Notes: a model not told the origin generated them from the sequence alone. DNA of 64,000 nucleotides from Chrysomallon squamiferum (GCA_012295275.1 CM022671.1:3100001-3164000), one strand, 5' to 3'; shown: positions 25,865 through 40,078, numbered from the stretch's first letter. Program-made: numbers and translations.

Positions 25865-27399
25865 TAACATTATAATGAGATGTTGCATCATACGAAAATG
25901 TATTTGGTTTTAATATTATCCGATACTTTTACGACAAGTTATATATTTACGCGTTTGTTTTTCACATCAAGGCACGACGATATACCGCTAACAACTGCTA
26001 TTACCCAGTTTTACTGCTCCCCTCAGCTACACGCACGTTCAGCAGACTTCGCGGATATACAACTGATAGTAAGACATTCTCTTTTACCTACTCGCTGATT
26101 TACTCGTGGTATTGACAGCCGCGAGCTATACATCTAACATGAAAACATAAACTCACTGCTGTACCTGAGAAAATTGCGCCTCGCTCTCCATCGTCTTTGA
26201 TGTTCGACTCTGTAAATTGTTATTTGCACATAATGTACAATTTGTGGCGCACCAGTGGTCCCACTCGTTCTGTGTGAAGACTCGAGTAATGTGTAAAAGT
26301 TATTTTATTGTGTCGGCGCGGCGGTTATGTTCCCGTTGCCTGAAGAGCGTTTCTGGTTATAAATAGTCTGATAATCTCAGTGTTTTAAGTAAAACATATA
26401 CACAGCACTTTTATTTATTAATAAAAAAAAATAATAATAATAAATAAAAAAAAAAGAACAGGAGAAAAAGAAAAACGAAGAAGAAATAAAATCTTAATTC
26501 AGAATAAGAGCAACACAAAGTCAGCCAATGTTACGTTCTGTAATACGAATCTGAGAAAATAGTGTGTGAACGTTAAATCAGGATGGATGATGTAGTCAAA
26601 CGTTAAAATGTAAATCAGAAAACAGAGGCATTCGTATATTCATTAGTTCATTCACATATTATTTAATTCATTCATACGCTGGTATATTCGTTCACAATTT
26701 TTTGTTTATCATAATTGCTTATGATTAATACATACCATGCTTTTTTTAATTCTTTGATTCAGGCAGTAACCCATAATTATAATTTATTTATCGTTATAAA
26801 GATTTTTTATTTTATTTTTTTTAAATTATTATTATTGTTTAAAAAAAAGCCTTCCGATGTGGACAATTCCTGTAAATATTTAATTTTATTTTCAATCGTT
26901 GCCAAGCAACCATTTCATCCGAAACCATGAATATGCTTGCTGTGTATGTGGATGAATGATTGCTGGCTACCGTCAGATAAAGATCCAAGCACGCTTGTAA
27001 CACACACAATCTCTTTCGTCGCTTGAAATTTTGGTCGCAAACCTTTTTTTTTCTTTTTATTAACGGTATTTGCAAAAGACGACTTGATGTTGCAGAATTG
27101 AGTTAACAATGAATTTATTTTCATATCTTAGTTTATTTTTTTTTACAGTTGTTTTAATAAAAATTAATTCAGATGTCACTATAAGAATAATCATTAAATG
27201 ATTTATATATTATTTAATAACTTATTAGGAATGTCAGTTTTGAATAGCTTCTGAAATGATGATGGTGATGATGATGATTATCATCACCATTATTATTTTT
27301 ATTTATGAATCTATTTTTTCTCTCTCTGTACATATATATATATTTGTATGTATGTATGTATGCATGTATGTATGTATGTGTTTGTGTATATATATTCTT

Positions 27400-27494
27400 T
27401 AATAACATGTATTCAGTAATTTTTGTCTACAGATTAGTCGTTTCACATAAGTTTAATCAGAGAAAATTCACTGCCGCCATATTGTTAGGTAATC

Positions 27495-27530
<36 letters not shown>

Positions 27531-27605
27531 GCGGCAAGGAATATTTTATATGCACCTTCTCGGGAGGATGAACAACCTACACATGACCTTTAATAAACGA
27601 GTTGC
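27400..27605 (-). mobile_element. Decayed SINE-like copy interrupted by a (TTA)n expansion
   Basis: Reverse complement of 27529-27560 reads gaaggtgcatataaaatattccttgccgcta, matching the shared core. Confidence 0.5.
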
Positions 27606-28073
27606 GATGCACAGTTTTTACCAGTTACATCTGACAAGCTCATATCACGCGGCGAGAACCTCCTTTTACGTGAAAGAGTGATCAAAGGAAAACACTTGTC
27701 TGAAAACTTTCTGCTAATCCCCGAGCCTGCCAAACACAGAACCCAAACAACCACCCACCCACCTACCCACCCAGTATACAGCGAGCGCACGGCAATAACA
27801 AGAAGAGCGGAATTTCAGAGAAGCGCAGAACCAAAGATAAACAGCGCGGAGCAAACTACTCGTGTTTGGTCAGAGTTTGTATGCTTTGGTCGTCATTAAT
27901 CACAGGGAATGTTATAACAAGATAACTCCAGGCTTATTACAGGTGATCGTACTGGTCTTGATTACAGGTGATAACGTTTCCCTTTAGAATATCCGTGATA
28001 CTTTTACAGTTCTCTGGAACATACCTGTAAAAGATATGATAAACATCTTTGTTATGTATTTACATATGTAATT

Positions 28074-28078
<5 letters not shown>

Positions 28079-28125
<47 letters not shown>

Positions 28126-28170
28126 ATCTCTCTCTCACACTCTCTCAGTGTGTGTGTCTCTCTCTCTCTT
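28079..28170. repeat. (TC)n microsatellite
   Basis: Read directly. Confidence 0.95.
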
Positions 28171-29306
28171 GCTTGTCTTTCTATTTAATTACATTTAACA
28201 TTTTTACATTCTAACATTTTTTTTTTTTATTTTTTTGTTGTTTTTTTTGGAAGTCAGAAGAGATGATAAAACATAATTTCAGTGATCGTATTAAGCAATT
28301 TGCAATGGTTACTTAGTGAATATACTTTGCACTTAACTTCGGATCATAGCCGCTAAGAGGTGGCGATCCACTGAGAATGGTCACATGAAATGAGCCCTCT
28401 ACGTCTCTTTATCGTCATAAACAAAGTCGCCGGGTGCACAATACTGAAAAATGTTTCATGTTCATAGCAGAGACTAAAGAATTTCTCCTATCTTTGAATT
28501 CTGAAACTCACGTACAATTAGAACAGACGTTACTGAAACCAGAAACATGGAAATAAAGAAAATGTATTTACTTATGTTGACCCGTCGGACGACAGAAATT
28601 GTGGAAATATTACTGCGCGTGTTTGCGTAGGCTTTACGGGGCTAATTACAGACTAGAGCAAAGCGCGCGCAAATATGGCGCGTGCGTGATCCGGTGTCGT
28701 CTGGATTAAAAAGGCATCCGAAGGAGCAGATATTTTGTCGCAAAGAGACTCGCGGACTATAATCTAATTTGTGACGCTCCAAACTCGGCTGTGTGGTTGT
28801 GATCTGTGTTGACAGAGCCTGTTCTTGTATCGCTGACAAACCCACTACTTTGTCACACACACGTTCTCTCGCGTACACCGCTCTCTAACAGGGCTGTGAA
28901 CAGTTTGTCTCTGCCTTGAATTTAACCTCGTTCAAATGGGCCATTGAAGATTAGAGAATAATGAGTTAGCTTTTAGTTACCAAATAGGGCCTATGTAATA
29001 AAAGATTATGGTTATACGTTATATTTAGTTATCTGTGCAATTAAATGAAAAGAGCAGTTTATTTGTTCTTTTCAATCAGTTAAATTTAGCCTCTCCGAAT
29101 GACTGGTAACCTTTGAGCAGTCATTAATGTTATCCTGTCTATAAATTATTTTTCAGTGAAATATTGAATAGGCTTTAAATTTAATAATGATGGATAATTA
29201 AAATAACTGTAAGAAATTTAAATTTATCAGTGTGTGTATATATATTTAATTGTATTATATCAATATAAAAATAAAAATCCAACTAATTTGCTATAATAAT
29301 AAATAA

Positions 29307-29354
<48 letters not shown>

Positions 29355-30739
29355 CGAAAAATTTATAAAAACTGAAGACAAATTAAATAAAATGAAAATC
29401 GCTCGCTAATATTGCCAATCCTTACGCTGGAACTACTTTTTCAGCTTTCCTTTCAGTTGGAGTCAATCTGAAAGGAAGTTCCAATAAACGATTCAGACGT
29501 ATTAGCATATTTGTTGTTAATGCCGGTATTCAATCGCGTCGTGTCCTCTGTTTCGCTGCTATTGTGTCACTGAACGGCAAAACCGAAGTGGTGAAAACAG
29601 AACGTTATACGTTCAATTTGTCAGTGTCAGCCATGAATAAGTATAGACACCACTGGCAGGGGGCCATTGATCCGCGCCTAATAGGGCGTGGCAAAATCAC
29701 TTCATAGACCTCTAGCGGCGAGCAGTTTGTGTCAGGGAGTTTGTCAAGTAGAAGAAAAAACACACACGGTTTAGCTACTTTGTGTCTTTGTGTGGAAGTC
29801 AAGCCAGACACGAGTCTTCTTGCTGGCCACTTTTTGACATGTGCTAAATGTGAAATGCAAACGAAGACATAAAGGGAGTAATTGTGTAATTGTTGGTAAC
29901 TTCAGTTACTCATTCTCTTTCTATAGACACACAAAAAGCACACCGGCGAATATTTTGTCAAAAGATTTAGATTTTCTATTCAAAATTTTATACTGAAAAA
30001 TGATGAGCGTATACAAGATTTTTAGACATTTAATTTTCAGCTTTATTTCTTTTATTAAAGAATACAATGTGGGGGGAGAAAACAACCAAAAAAAAAAAAA
30101 AAAAAATTGTGGCAAAATCAAAATCAAAAAGAAACAGGAATAAAAGAAAAACAACAGAATTTTAAAAAATAATAAAATAAAAGAAAAAATGAATTTCGAC
30201 ATTTTACAACAAAGTTTTAAAATAACGAGCAAAGAACAACAAACAAAAGTCTTGTTTTCATTTTATATATTACCAGTTTAACACAATCTCAAGGCTGACA
30301 ACGCTCTCGACTCTAAGACAAAGCCCAAACGAGAGATTAAAAAAAAAAAAAAAAAAAAAAAAAAATTTAATATGCAGGTGACCTACGACCTGCAGAAATA
30401 CACAACACGGTGACGTCCATTAAGTGAAGGAATGCAAAATACAAAAACAGAAATATCATTACATCATGAGACAATAAATAAAATAAATGCATTGTTACAA
30501 TCAGTACAGATAATGGATATTTCCTAATCTGTTTGTCTGTGAAACCAAAGAGAATGTCTAAAACACCGTCTTTTAAATGTAGAGGACGAATATCCACGTT
30601 TCTGTTTCATCTTCAGAAACCTCAAGTAAACCAGAAGCTGTCCCGATTTTCAGCTATTTAAATCATAATGACAGTGTTCTAGAAATTAAAGTGAACGATA
30701 GCGAGACACGTATTCTAATTCTGCACCACACAAACTGTT

Positions 30740-31620
30740 ATCTAAATGTTGACAGTTGCGGAACTGAACGGTACGTTAAAAGAGAAACAGAGAAGCGAAG
30801 GCCTCGTTCCACTATTTATACTTAAATTCCACAGTAACACATAAACAGAAAGGCCTGATTCCCCTAACTATAATTTCATGCGGACATGCTAGTTATGATA
30901 CGTTTTGTTCTACTAATTATAATCTGACATTACCGTAGCACGCACACAGACAGGCCTGAATCTGCCAGTCATAGTTTGATCCTGACGTAATACAAATAAT
31001 GAAAATTCTTATTTGACTAATTTTAATTAAATGTTTATAGTAATACAAACAAAGGAAAGCCTGATTGTAAGTCGAAGTCAGACCGAAAGCCACAGTTAAA
31101 GACTTAATTCTACCAACTGGATACTGATGGTAACGGTGATAATGAAATGCCCGATTCGCTAGTTATAACTAGACGTTGACAGTAATACTAACAGTGAAAG
31201 GCCTGTTTCCATTAATTATAATTAGATGTTGATAATAATGCGTACAAAAGAAAGACCTGGGCCTATTCATTATAATTCGATGTTGACAGTAACATTATTA
31301 CAGAATGTCTATTTCCCTAATTACAATTAGCGATGCTGTCATTATTTTGAATATTAAAAAGCTTTAATATATTAATATCTGTTATACTGACAGTAATACT
31401 ATAACAGATAAAATTGATTCGACTAATGACATTTAGATGTTGACACGAACAAAGGAAGCTCTCATTCTGTACTAAAAGACCACTAATAAAATTACATGGT
31501 GAAATATTATACCAAAACGTAAATGTTATATTCATTACAGTTAAAATGATGACGAACACTGAAATATCTGACTCAACTAATTAATATGAAATTTGGAAGA
31601 CCTCTAATACAGACTGGACC
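30740..31620. repeat. Old degenerate ~52-bp tandem array, about 16 units (aaaggcctgattccactaattataattagatgttgacagtaatactaacag)
   Basis: aaggcctg-like anchors at ~30798, 30850, 30951, 31057, 31146, 31198, 31251, followed by ctaattataatt and ttgacagtaa-like motifs. Confidence 0.7.
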
Positions 31621-33176
31621 GAGATGACCACTAGTTCCCTAAATAAAAATTCGACAGTCGGATCATTCCTGGAAGACTGTATTAAATGAATTAAAACTAA
31701 CTATAAATAATTTAATTCAATATAAATTTTTGATGGAAGATAAAACGTATTTTTAACCCAGCTCTTGCTCGAAGTTTGGGTCCCCCATTTCATTTTGTTC
31801 AGAACAGTTTTCACTTACTTTAATATACCTACTTGTACCCACTGAAAACAGTTTTCTATTAGAAACACTGTTCTGATAATCAAGTATGTACATATATTCA
31901 TCCAAATGTCATCAGCGACTACGTTTTCGTTTGACTGTGATTATACAGGTTATGCCAGACGTCACCGTTAAAAACACTGTATCTACGTCTACGAGGGAGA
32001 TATTTAAATTATTTACTTACACTTTATTTCATCCATAAACACAATATCAACACACTGTGGTAAAGAATGAGTTCTAGAGACATTTAAATATCATTATTTT
32101 CAGAAGATTACTTAAATTTTAAAATAACTGTAAGCCAGAATTTATTATCAACATTTCTGATTATTTAATGAATTTTACAATGAAATCTTTTGACCAGATC
32201 ATAAAATAATAATAATAATAATAAAAAAATTAAAAATTAGCTACAATAAATATATTAGCGTAAAAAAATCATTTTTAAAAAGAAAATAATTATTAATAAT
32301 TAATAATTATGGTGTTTAAACAGACGGTAAAATCTACAGTCCTTTTTACATATAACTATTATTCTATGTAAGAAACATCATGAATTAATTGGCCTGCCTG
32401 GATGTCTGTTAGCACATAATCACATCTAAACATCGCACATTTTCCCTTCAAAACAAGCGACTCGAACGTGGATGAACTGTGTTAATCACATGACCCAAAA
32501 ATGGCAGCCAGCAGACGTATCAAGCACTACATGGTAACAGTGCTACGAGTTACATTAAAAATAGTTTATTAAAAAGAAAACCAGAAATCTCCTGTTCGTC
32601 TATAAATATATACATCTACTCTCAGCGGGAAATGATGAAAAATATATCTTAATTCCTAAACAGTAACGTCAAACATAACGACCACAAATCATCGCGATTT
32701 ACGATTCTCTCGAAATTCGGCAACTGATGACGTCATGAAACGAATGATATTTAACTGCAAAATAAATATAACTAAGAGAATTTGTTGAAACGAATAATAA
32801 TAATAATAATAATAATACACAGTTTCTCACTACGCATACGTCTAGGCTGAGGCTTTTGTATTGCATATGTGTTCCTATTGCATAATTATAATATCAGGTT
32901 TGCAAAAGTCTCACATTTCCATAATATCCCAATCCAGATAGGATAAGTGATAACACAGTAAATAATTGAAAATACACAAAAATGATATGGGAAAATATCA
33001 CAAAAAGCAGAAACGCACACACTTCCGGTACAGCAGTGTATGCGCAGTTCTGTCTACTTCACTTCCTGTCAATCAGCAAGCCAGTCGTACACTTCCGTGA
33101 AATACGAACAAAAATTTGGTTTTTTGCGTCTGTGAAAGAAAAAACGTTTCCGAAATCGTTGTTGACTGACGCACGC

Positions 33177-33641
33177 TCACTTGCACGTGTGCAAGTCGAT
33201 CATAGTTTCGCACGTTTTGCACTTGACGTAACAGCACCAGAAAAACTTACAGTGGCATCTCTCCACGTACCGAACAACCTGAGTATTGTAACCACGACCA
33301 CAGCACAGCAGGTCACAGCTGTCTCCGCCGGTCGACGTCCGGTTACACAGACGTGACCTCGTTCCCAGAATCCCGCGCTTCGGGTCCTCCCGGCAATAGT
33401 TGGGCGACCGATGTACATACACTAATTCGTCGCTTCCTATCGGAATTCTCCGCTTTGATTTTTCTTTTCTTCGTAATCTCTTTCTCGACCTGCGTGCCAG
33501 TCTTACAGGGTTTTCGTATTTGCTTTTCAGGTAGGTTCCCACTTCACGGAAACTTGGAAGTCCTTTCCAACACGTCTTCACTGCGCATGATCCGGAAACA
33601 CCGTGGCAACGGCATTCGAGTCGCATCAGTTTCTCGACCAC
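33177..33641 (-). CDS. WNT16: Wnt16 terminal coding exon
   Basis: [18 protein letters not shown] (lipidated Ser motif), basic linker [53 protein letters not shown]; acceptor ttcAG|GTG, phase 0. Confidence 0.93.
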   Translation of the reverse strand: MVEKLMRLECRCHGVSGSCAVKTCWKGLPSFREVGTYLKSKYENPVRLARRSRKRLRRKEKSKRRIPIGSDELVYVHRSPNYCREDPKRGILGTRSRLCNRTSTGGDSCDLLCCGRGYNTQVVRYVERCHCKFFWCCYVKCKTCETMIDLHTCK

Positions 33642-33922
33642 CTGAATAATAATAACAGTAATAATTAATTACAACAACAACAACATCAACATCAACAACA
33701 ACAAAAATAATAACAGTAATAAGGAATATGTTTAAATAAAATATTACACGGTTTCACTGAATGTTTTTGACGAATTTTTGTGTGTATGCGTGTGTGTGTT
33801 TTATCTTTATTTTTATATGAGTGTGTGCGTGCGCGCGTTTCCTGTGTCTTTATTAATGTGTTGAGCTTCCATCATATTAGTATTTTAATTTGAATGAGTC
33901 TAAGACTATACCCGTGTATAGG

Positions 33923-34023
<101 letters not shown>

Positions 34024-34883
34024 AGTATTATTTGCACTTTTTTTTTTGAAGTTCTTGAATCTTTTCTTCATTGATAATGTAACATGGTGTTTTCCTGTGT
34101 GTTTCGTTGTTCGTTATTTTCTGTTCGATTATACATCAATAAAACCTCGAATAAAAGACCACAGTTTACTGCGTCATACGAATCTACGGCTATAAAAATA
34201 GCAGCACATTGTCTGAAGCCTGTTGGGGTGTGCTCCAGCAGATTACGCGTATTATTCCAGTCTGACTGGGCTCCCACACACACTGTTCTAATTGTTAGAG
34301 TGTCTCATTCGATGATCTTGCTGGAGAGAAATCAAAAACAGATTTGCTAACATAAATCACTCGATGTTTGTTGGGTCCTGCTCTTTCTCGCTCTCGCTCA
34401 AACAACAATCACTATTGTACGTTTATGCAACACTTTCCACCGCTCACAGAATCGTACAAGTGTTTCTGTATTTGACCTACTTTGGTATTATAAGTAATGA
34501 GTGCGTGTGTCTTTTTATCTCTATAATTCTTAGTATGTCTATATGTTTGTATACACATACATATATGTATACATGAATACACATTATTAATCATGATTAT
34601 ATCTATTTATATTGTTCAATCAGTCAGAAACAAAATTTTCGCCAATTTTCAAATTCTAATTTAGTTTTGGACATATATGTTATTTATTCTTCAGCACTGT
34701 GCTTGCACTCGCGTTTATTCCTCTATTTTACTCATTCCATTTACGCCGTTGACGTTTTCGCTGATTCAATTTCGTTTTCACGTCAGTGAACACTATCATA
34801 AATGCAGAATCAGTGATAATGATGAAAACATCAAAAATAATAAAACCCTGATCGATCATGGTCTATTCTGCAACGTTTGCGGG

Positions 34884-35038
34884 AGTTTTCAGCTTTCAGT
34901 CAAAAGCGGTTATGACGCTTTTCAAATTCCAGTCATCTCTGTCACGATTTACGACAGTTTTCAGCTTTCAGTCAAAAGCGTATGACGCTTTTCAAATTCC
35001 AGTCATCTCTGTCACGATTTACGACAGTTTTCAGCTTT
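34884..35038. repeat. 70-72-bp tandem duplication, about 2.2 copies
   Basis: agttttcagcttt unit starts at 34884, 34956 and 35026; copies near-identical. Confidence 0.9.
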
Positions 35039-36618
35039 GTGACAAACATTTATCTACGACACTTGTTGACTTTCATACAAACATTTATTTTATTTTCTCA
35101 TGAACTTGGCTTCAGCTTTTCAAAATTAATTTGACGACTTCTGCTCAGAACAGGTAACAAAACAAACTCCTTTCATATGTGATGGCTATATTTAAAATAT
35201 CAGTTCATTGTTATTTTCACTCTCAAAATGATCCATGGATTTTCCTAATAGCTTTCAGACAATGGGGAAGAAATCGCCAAAATGCGCGAGCACTTCTCTG
35301 TCGGTTTAAAATGCAGTTTTATGGGAAATTTTACCTTTAGCGAACAATAGAAGTTTTATCCCGTTGTTCGGTCCACCCAGAAGGGTCGCTTTGGTTCGTG
35401 GTGCTCAGTGAAATGGTATGTGTGATATTTTATACGTGTCCAACAGGTAACACTCTGTCGACTCTACCACAGCGGTCTCTCTGTGTGTCTGCGTGTGTGG
35501 GTTTGTTCAAATGAAAGGAACAGAATTAAAATTTGTGTAACGACACTTCTGTATATTTCACTTGTAAGGACTGTTAGCTGTAAATACATAGATTACCTAC
35601 ACTATATGAAAAAAACCACCCAAAAACTTAAATCAACATTCCATGGAGAATACTCAGTAGACCAAACGATAAATATTCATTGATTAATTAACTGAGTCAC
35701 TGGTTGGAACGTGAAAGATCTGATGACACTCTAAGCTGTTTAAAGCCGGTCAACCTATTTCTACTGAATTTCATGTTTTGAGGTCATACGTATTTCATGC
35801 TATACTCATTGTGAGGCTCAATGCTGTAGCACATAACACTCCGAGAAGAATCACTCCGCGATTCATCAGGCCTCAAGTCAGCATTCTAACCAGTAACCTA
35901 GAGACTGCTCAATCAGATCTGCGGCCGCCATCTTGTTCCAGCCTGGTTAAAACACTGGCTGTTTTAAATAAACTTACTGCTTAACACTTACTCAAATGAC
36001 GGCTAGTATTTATCTTATCCATTCGAGTTTTATCCCATGTCAAACGGACTGTATTCAGTTTAAACAGTAAGCTCTAAATGTCACAACACAAAACGTATCA
36101 AACAACAGTCAGGAGATAAGATGAGCAGGAAAATGAAGCGGGATTTACGAAAGAATTAAAATATTTCCCGGCAGACGAATGGGATCCTGGCCTGGCTGCT
36201 TCAGACAGCTAGGATATCAAAATATTCACGCCCCGGTGAATAAAAAAATTACATATATCAATAATAAGCAAGTGTAAAGCATCTACATTCGTTTCATGTG
36301 AAACTTCTGCACAAGAGATACAATTATGACAAGATTAGTTCCTAGAATGATGACTGTCGATAATCTGCAGTCGTCTGCTTACACTAGAATGACGTACAGA
36401 CACTGCCAGCAGACGGTACATTAAAAATTAGGTGAAACTTCCTTTGTTACTTTTTCTGTTTATTCAGTGACGTATCTGTCATGAGTTCGCTGTCAGAGAA
36501 AATTTTTTCAGTAATTGTTTATAGACACACTAATAAATAGGTGTAGCTATGTGTGTGAGAATGTCCGTATATGTGTGTGTGAGTGTTGTGTGAGAGAGAG
36601 AGTGTGTGTGTGTGTGTG

Positions 36619-36718
<100 letters not shown>

Positions 36719-38039
36719 ATTCAGACCTATACGACACATCCTAATCATGCCTGCAGTGTACGTACTGCACTGAGTTGTCCACTTTTGGACATTCATCATT
36801 ATTAAGCACACTAAGTGTTTTAAACAAGCAGGCATTTTGATACGTGATACAAACATATAACATTCATCATACGTTGTATATAAGTGTTATATAAGAGAGT
36901 AGGACATTTGACAAAGGTTATACAAGTATATAACATTTTTCGCAATTAGGATTTTCAACACGTTTTACAATATACACTATTTATCTATGTTATTTATTTA
37001 TTTATTTACTAACTTACTTTTTATTATTTATTTATTTACTTTTTTCTAAATCATTATTTATTTATTTATTTACTAACTTATTTTATTTTATTCGTTAATT
37101 TATTTATTGTGTATTTTTATACGTAACTAAATTGACAGAATTGTGTGACTGATATACACTGTTCTTTATCCAAACAAATGTTTCAGCTCTGTTCATATAT
37201 GTGCGTGCATTTGTATGTTATTATGTATGATTTTGTGTGTGTGTGTGTATGTATGTTTTAACGTATGTATTATTGTATATTGTGTATGTATGTTTTAACG
37301 TATGTATTATTGTATATATTTACTGAACTGAAATGTTTAATCTTTTTCTTCTGTTCACTCGTTTTCTTTTTTATATCTTTATTTTTCCACTTTTCTTTTT
37401 TACTATTTTGTTTTTCGCTGTATTTGTGTTAAGCCGACAGACGTATAATGCGCTCATATATTAATATACATATATTCTAATATCAAACGTGTAGGGTACT
37501 AAATAAAACAAATTCTGTTCGGGTGTAATTTAAACCGCTGTCTGTGAGTTTGTAAAGGCCAGATGGTTTTTCTAAGAGTTCTTTTCGCTCTTCATTTTGC
37601 ACGACAATTTCTTCTTTACAACAATTTTTATACCCACGTACCACAATACCCGAGCAGCACCCAGTAACATAGTTTGAAACATAAATGTCGCTATAGGATT
37701 GCCCCCTTTGAGTTTTCGCTTAGCAAGGAAGACGTCGTTTCCGATTTACTGCAGAAATTTTCCTATCACAAGTACACGCCAAACAATGCACTCACCATGA
37801 AATAATTGGAGCTTACTTTCCGTAAACTATAAAAACTTTTACGCGTTTGTCGAGCATTGCTAGAAATTTCAATAAAGCGAGGTATAAAAATCTTTGGTCT
37901 TTCGAAACCACCAACACGAGCATGTTTATATAGTTATTTTATGCGAGCAATTAAACAACAGGCAAGTCTGGCTTTCATTTGCAAACAACACAATTCTTAG
38001 AGGTCAGGAAAAATCCACCCTGATATACGAGTAATAAAA

Positions 38040-38155
38040 ATAATATAATATAATATAATATAATATAATATAATATAATATAATATAATATAATATAATA
38101 TAATATAATATAATATAAATTAATATAATATATATATAATAATATTAAAAATAAC

Positions 38156-38188
<33 letters not shown>

Positions 38189-38190
38189 TT
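38040..38190. repeat. (TAATA)n and (TAA)n simple repeats
   Basis: Read directly. Confidence 0.92.
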
Positions 38191-39206
38191 GCAGGACAAT
38201 TTGAATGCATATAATTTATCTAGAGTTTTAAAAAGTTACGATTTTATATTCCATCTTTATTTTTATATTTATTTTATTTTATTATATTTTATATTATTTT
38301 ATTTTATTTTATTTTATTTTATTTTATGTATTTATTTATATTATCATCATATATTTGGTTTTATGGATGTTAATGTTGTTTTTTTATTTTTGTTTATATC
38401 TGTCTATCTGCGGATTTAACAGCTATCTACAGTCTGAAAATAATAAATAAGACATATAACAAACAAACAAACAAACAAATAATTAAACAGAAATGTAGAC
38501 AGATATACAGAGATATATAATGATATATATCTCTAGTTTTCTTAAAACATAGCAGCCATATTTTGGGGGGGTTGGAGGGTTTAGGGGGGTTGTTTGTTTT
38601 GGGGGTTTTGTAGTCGCTGTTGTTGTTTTGTTCATATTGGTGGTACAAAATAAAATGAAATGAATAAATGAATAAACAAACAGACAAACAAATAAATAAA
38701 TAAAAATATACAACTATAATTTCATAGTGTACAAAAAAAATTGTGCAGATCACTCTGAAAGGTCTTACAAACTTGATAGTTCACAAATGTTTGTCAGTTC
38801 ATCGTTTGTATGTTAGAAAGTTAGTGAAAGAGAACAGAAGGGTAGAATTGTTAGTAGAGGTTTTATATTTCAACAGTACATTTTCAACTTCATAAACAAA
38901 TTACTATACAAAAGACATATTTGTCATGTTATAATATTAGAATAATTTTATCATCATCATCATTATTATCATCATCATCATCATCATCATCATTATTATT
39001 ATTATTATTATTACTGTTAAATAGATAAATAGACAAATAGACAAATATATTAACAGTGACACACACACATCCATACACACATTTAGAATCACAAATATAT
39101 ATTTAGGTTGATAGTATATGAGTGTGTATGTATGTATGTATGTATATATATATATATATCTGGGTGTGTATGTATGAGTGTATATATTTCTGTACGTATG
39201 TATGTG

Positions 39207-39353
<147 letters not shown>

Positions 39354-39997
39354 ATAGTTTAGTATTAAAATTTAAATAACCTTGACCAAAGTAGTTATGT
39401 ACTGCTTCAGAATATTATTATATATTTGCAGAGGTCTCCCACATATATATATCTAAAATACCATATCTATATATATATATATTTGTATGTATGTATGTAT
39501 ACATATATGTATGCATATATGTATGTATGTATATGTGTATATATATATATATATACACACACATATGTTTAAATAAGCATCAAGCCATTTCTAGACAGGG
39601 AATTGAAGTGAATCTACATTAGTAATAATATACATTTTGTACGTATCTGATTTCTTGTACATTTTGGAACTGTTAAAACCGCTATACCCACCCCTCCCTC
39701 CCGACTTGTCGCGTCCCAGACAAATGAGAGTAGAGGCCACTTGTTTTATTGTTTGGCACCAATACGCCAACCAAATGAAAAGCTGGAGTCTTTTGTGCTG
39801 TGGAATTAGAAAAGTTTACAGCCGACAGGAATAGCCACGTCTGAGGAGTGGTAGTCGTAAAACGACGTTAATGTCAACAATGAAAACAGCATCGCCATAC
39901 ACCGGTGATGTCCACTTATTAAAAGCAAGAACATTTCTCACGTTTCTGGTTTTAAGATCTAGCAAAAGAATCATGTGTAGATATAGATATCATCATC

Positions 39998-40001
<4 letters not shown>

Positions 40002-40075
<74 letters not shown>
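40002..40075. repeat. (GA)n microsatellite
   Basis: Read directly. Confidence 0.97.

Positions 40076-40078
<3 letters not shown>

Noticed and set aside
29447-29477. Hairpin TTCCTTTCAG...CTGAAAGGAA as a pre-miRNA
   Set aside because: The stem is only ~10-14 bp and I recognised no known mature miRNA; small-RNA data would be needed.
30740-31620. CRISPR-like reading of the periodic array
   Set aside because: Whole units are degenerate with no invariant repeat/unique spacer structure, there are no cas genes, and the context is eukaryotic.
33060-33179. Stop-codon readthrough or selenocysteine at the Wnt16 and PRRT-like TGA codons
   Set aside because: No TGA-CTAG context or evident SECIS; the Wnt ends at the family-typical C-terminus and the extensions are short and featureless.
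32982-33649. Antisense and alternative-frame ORFs over the last Wnt16 exon
   Set aside because: Expected shadow ORFs of a GC-rich exon, with no recognisable domains.
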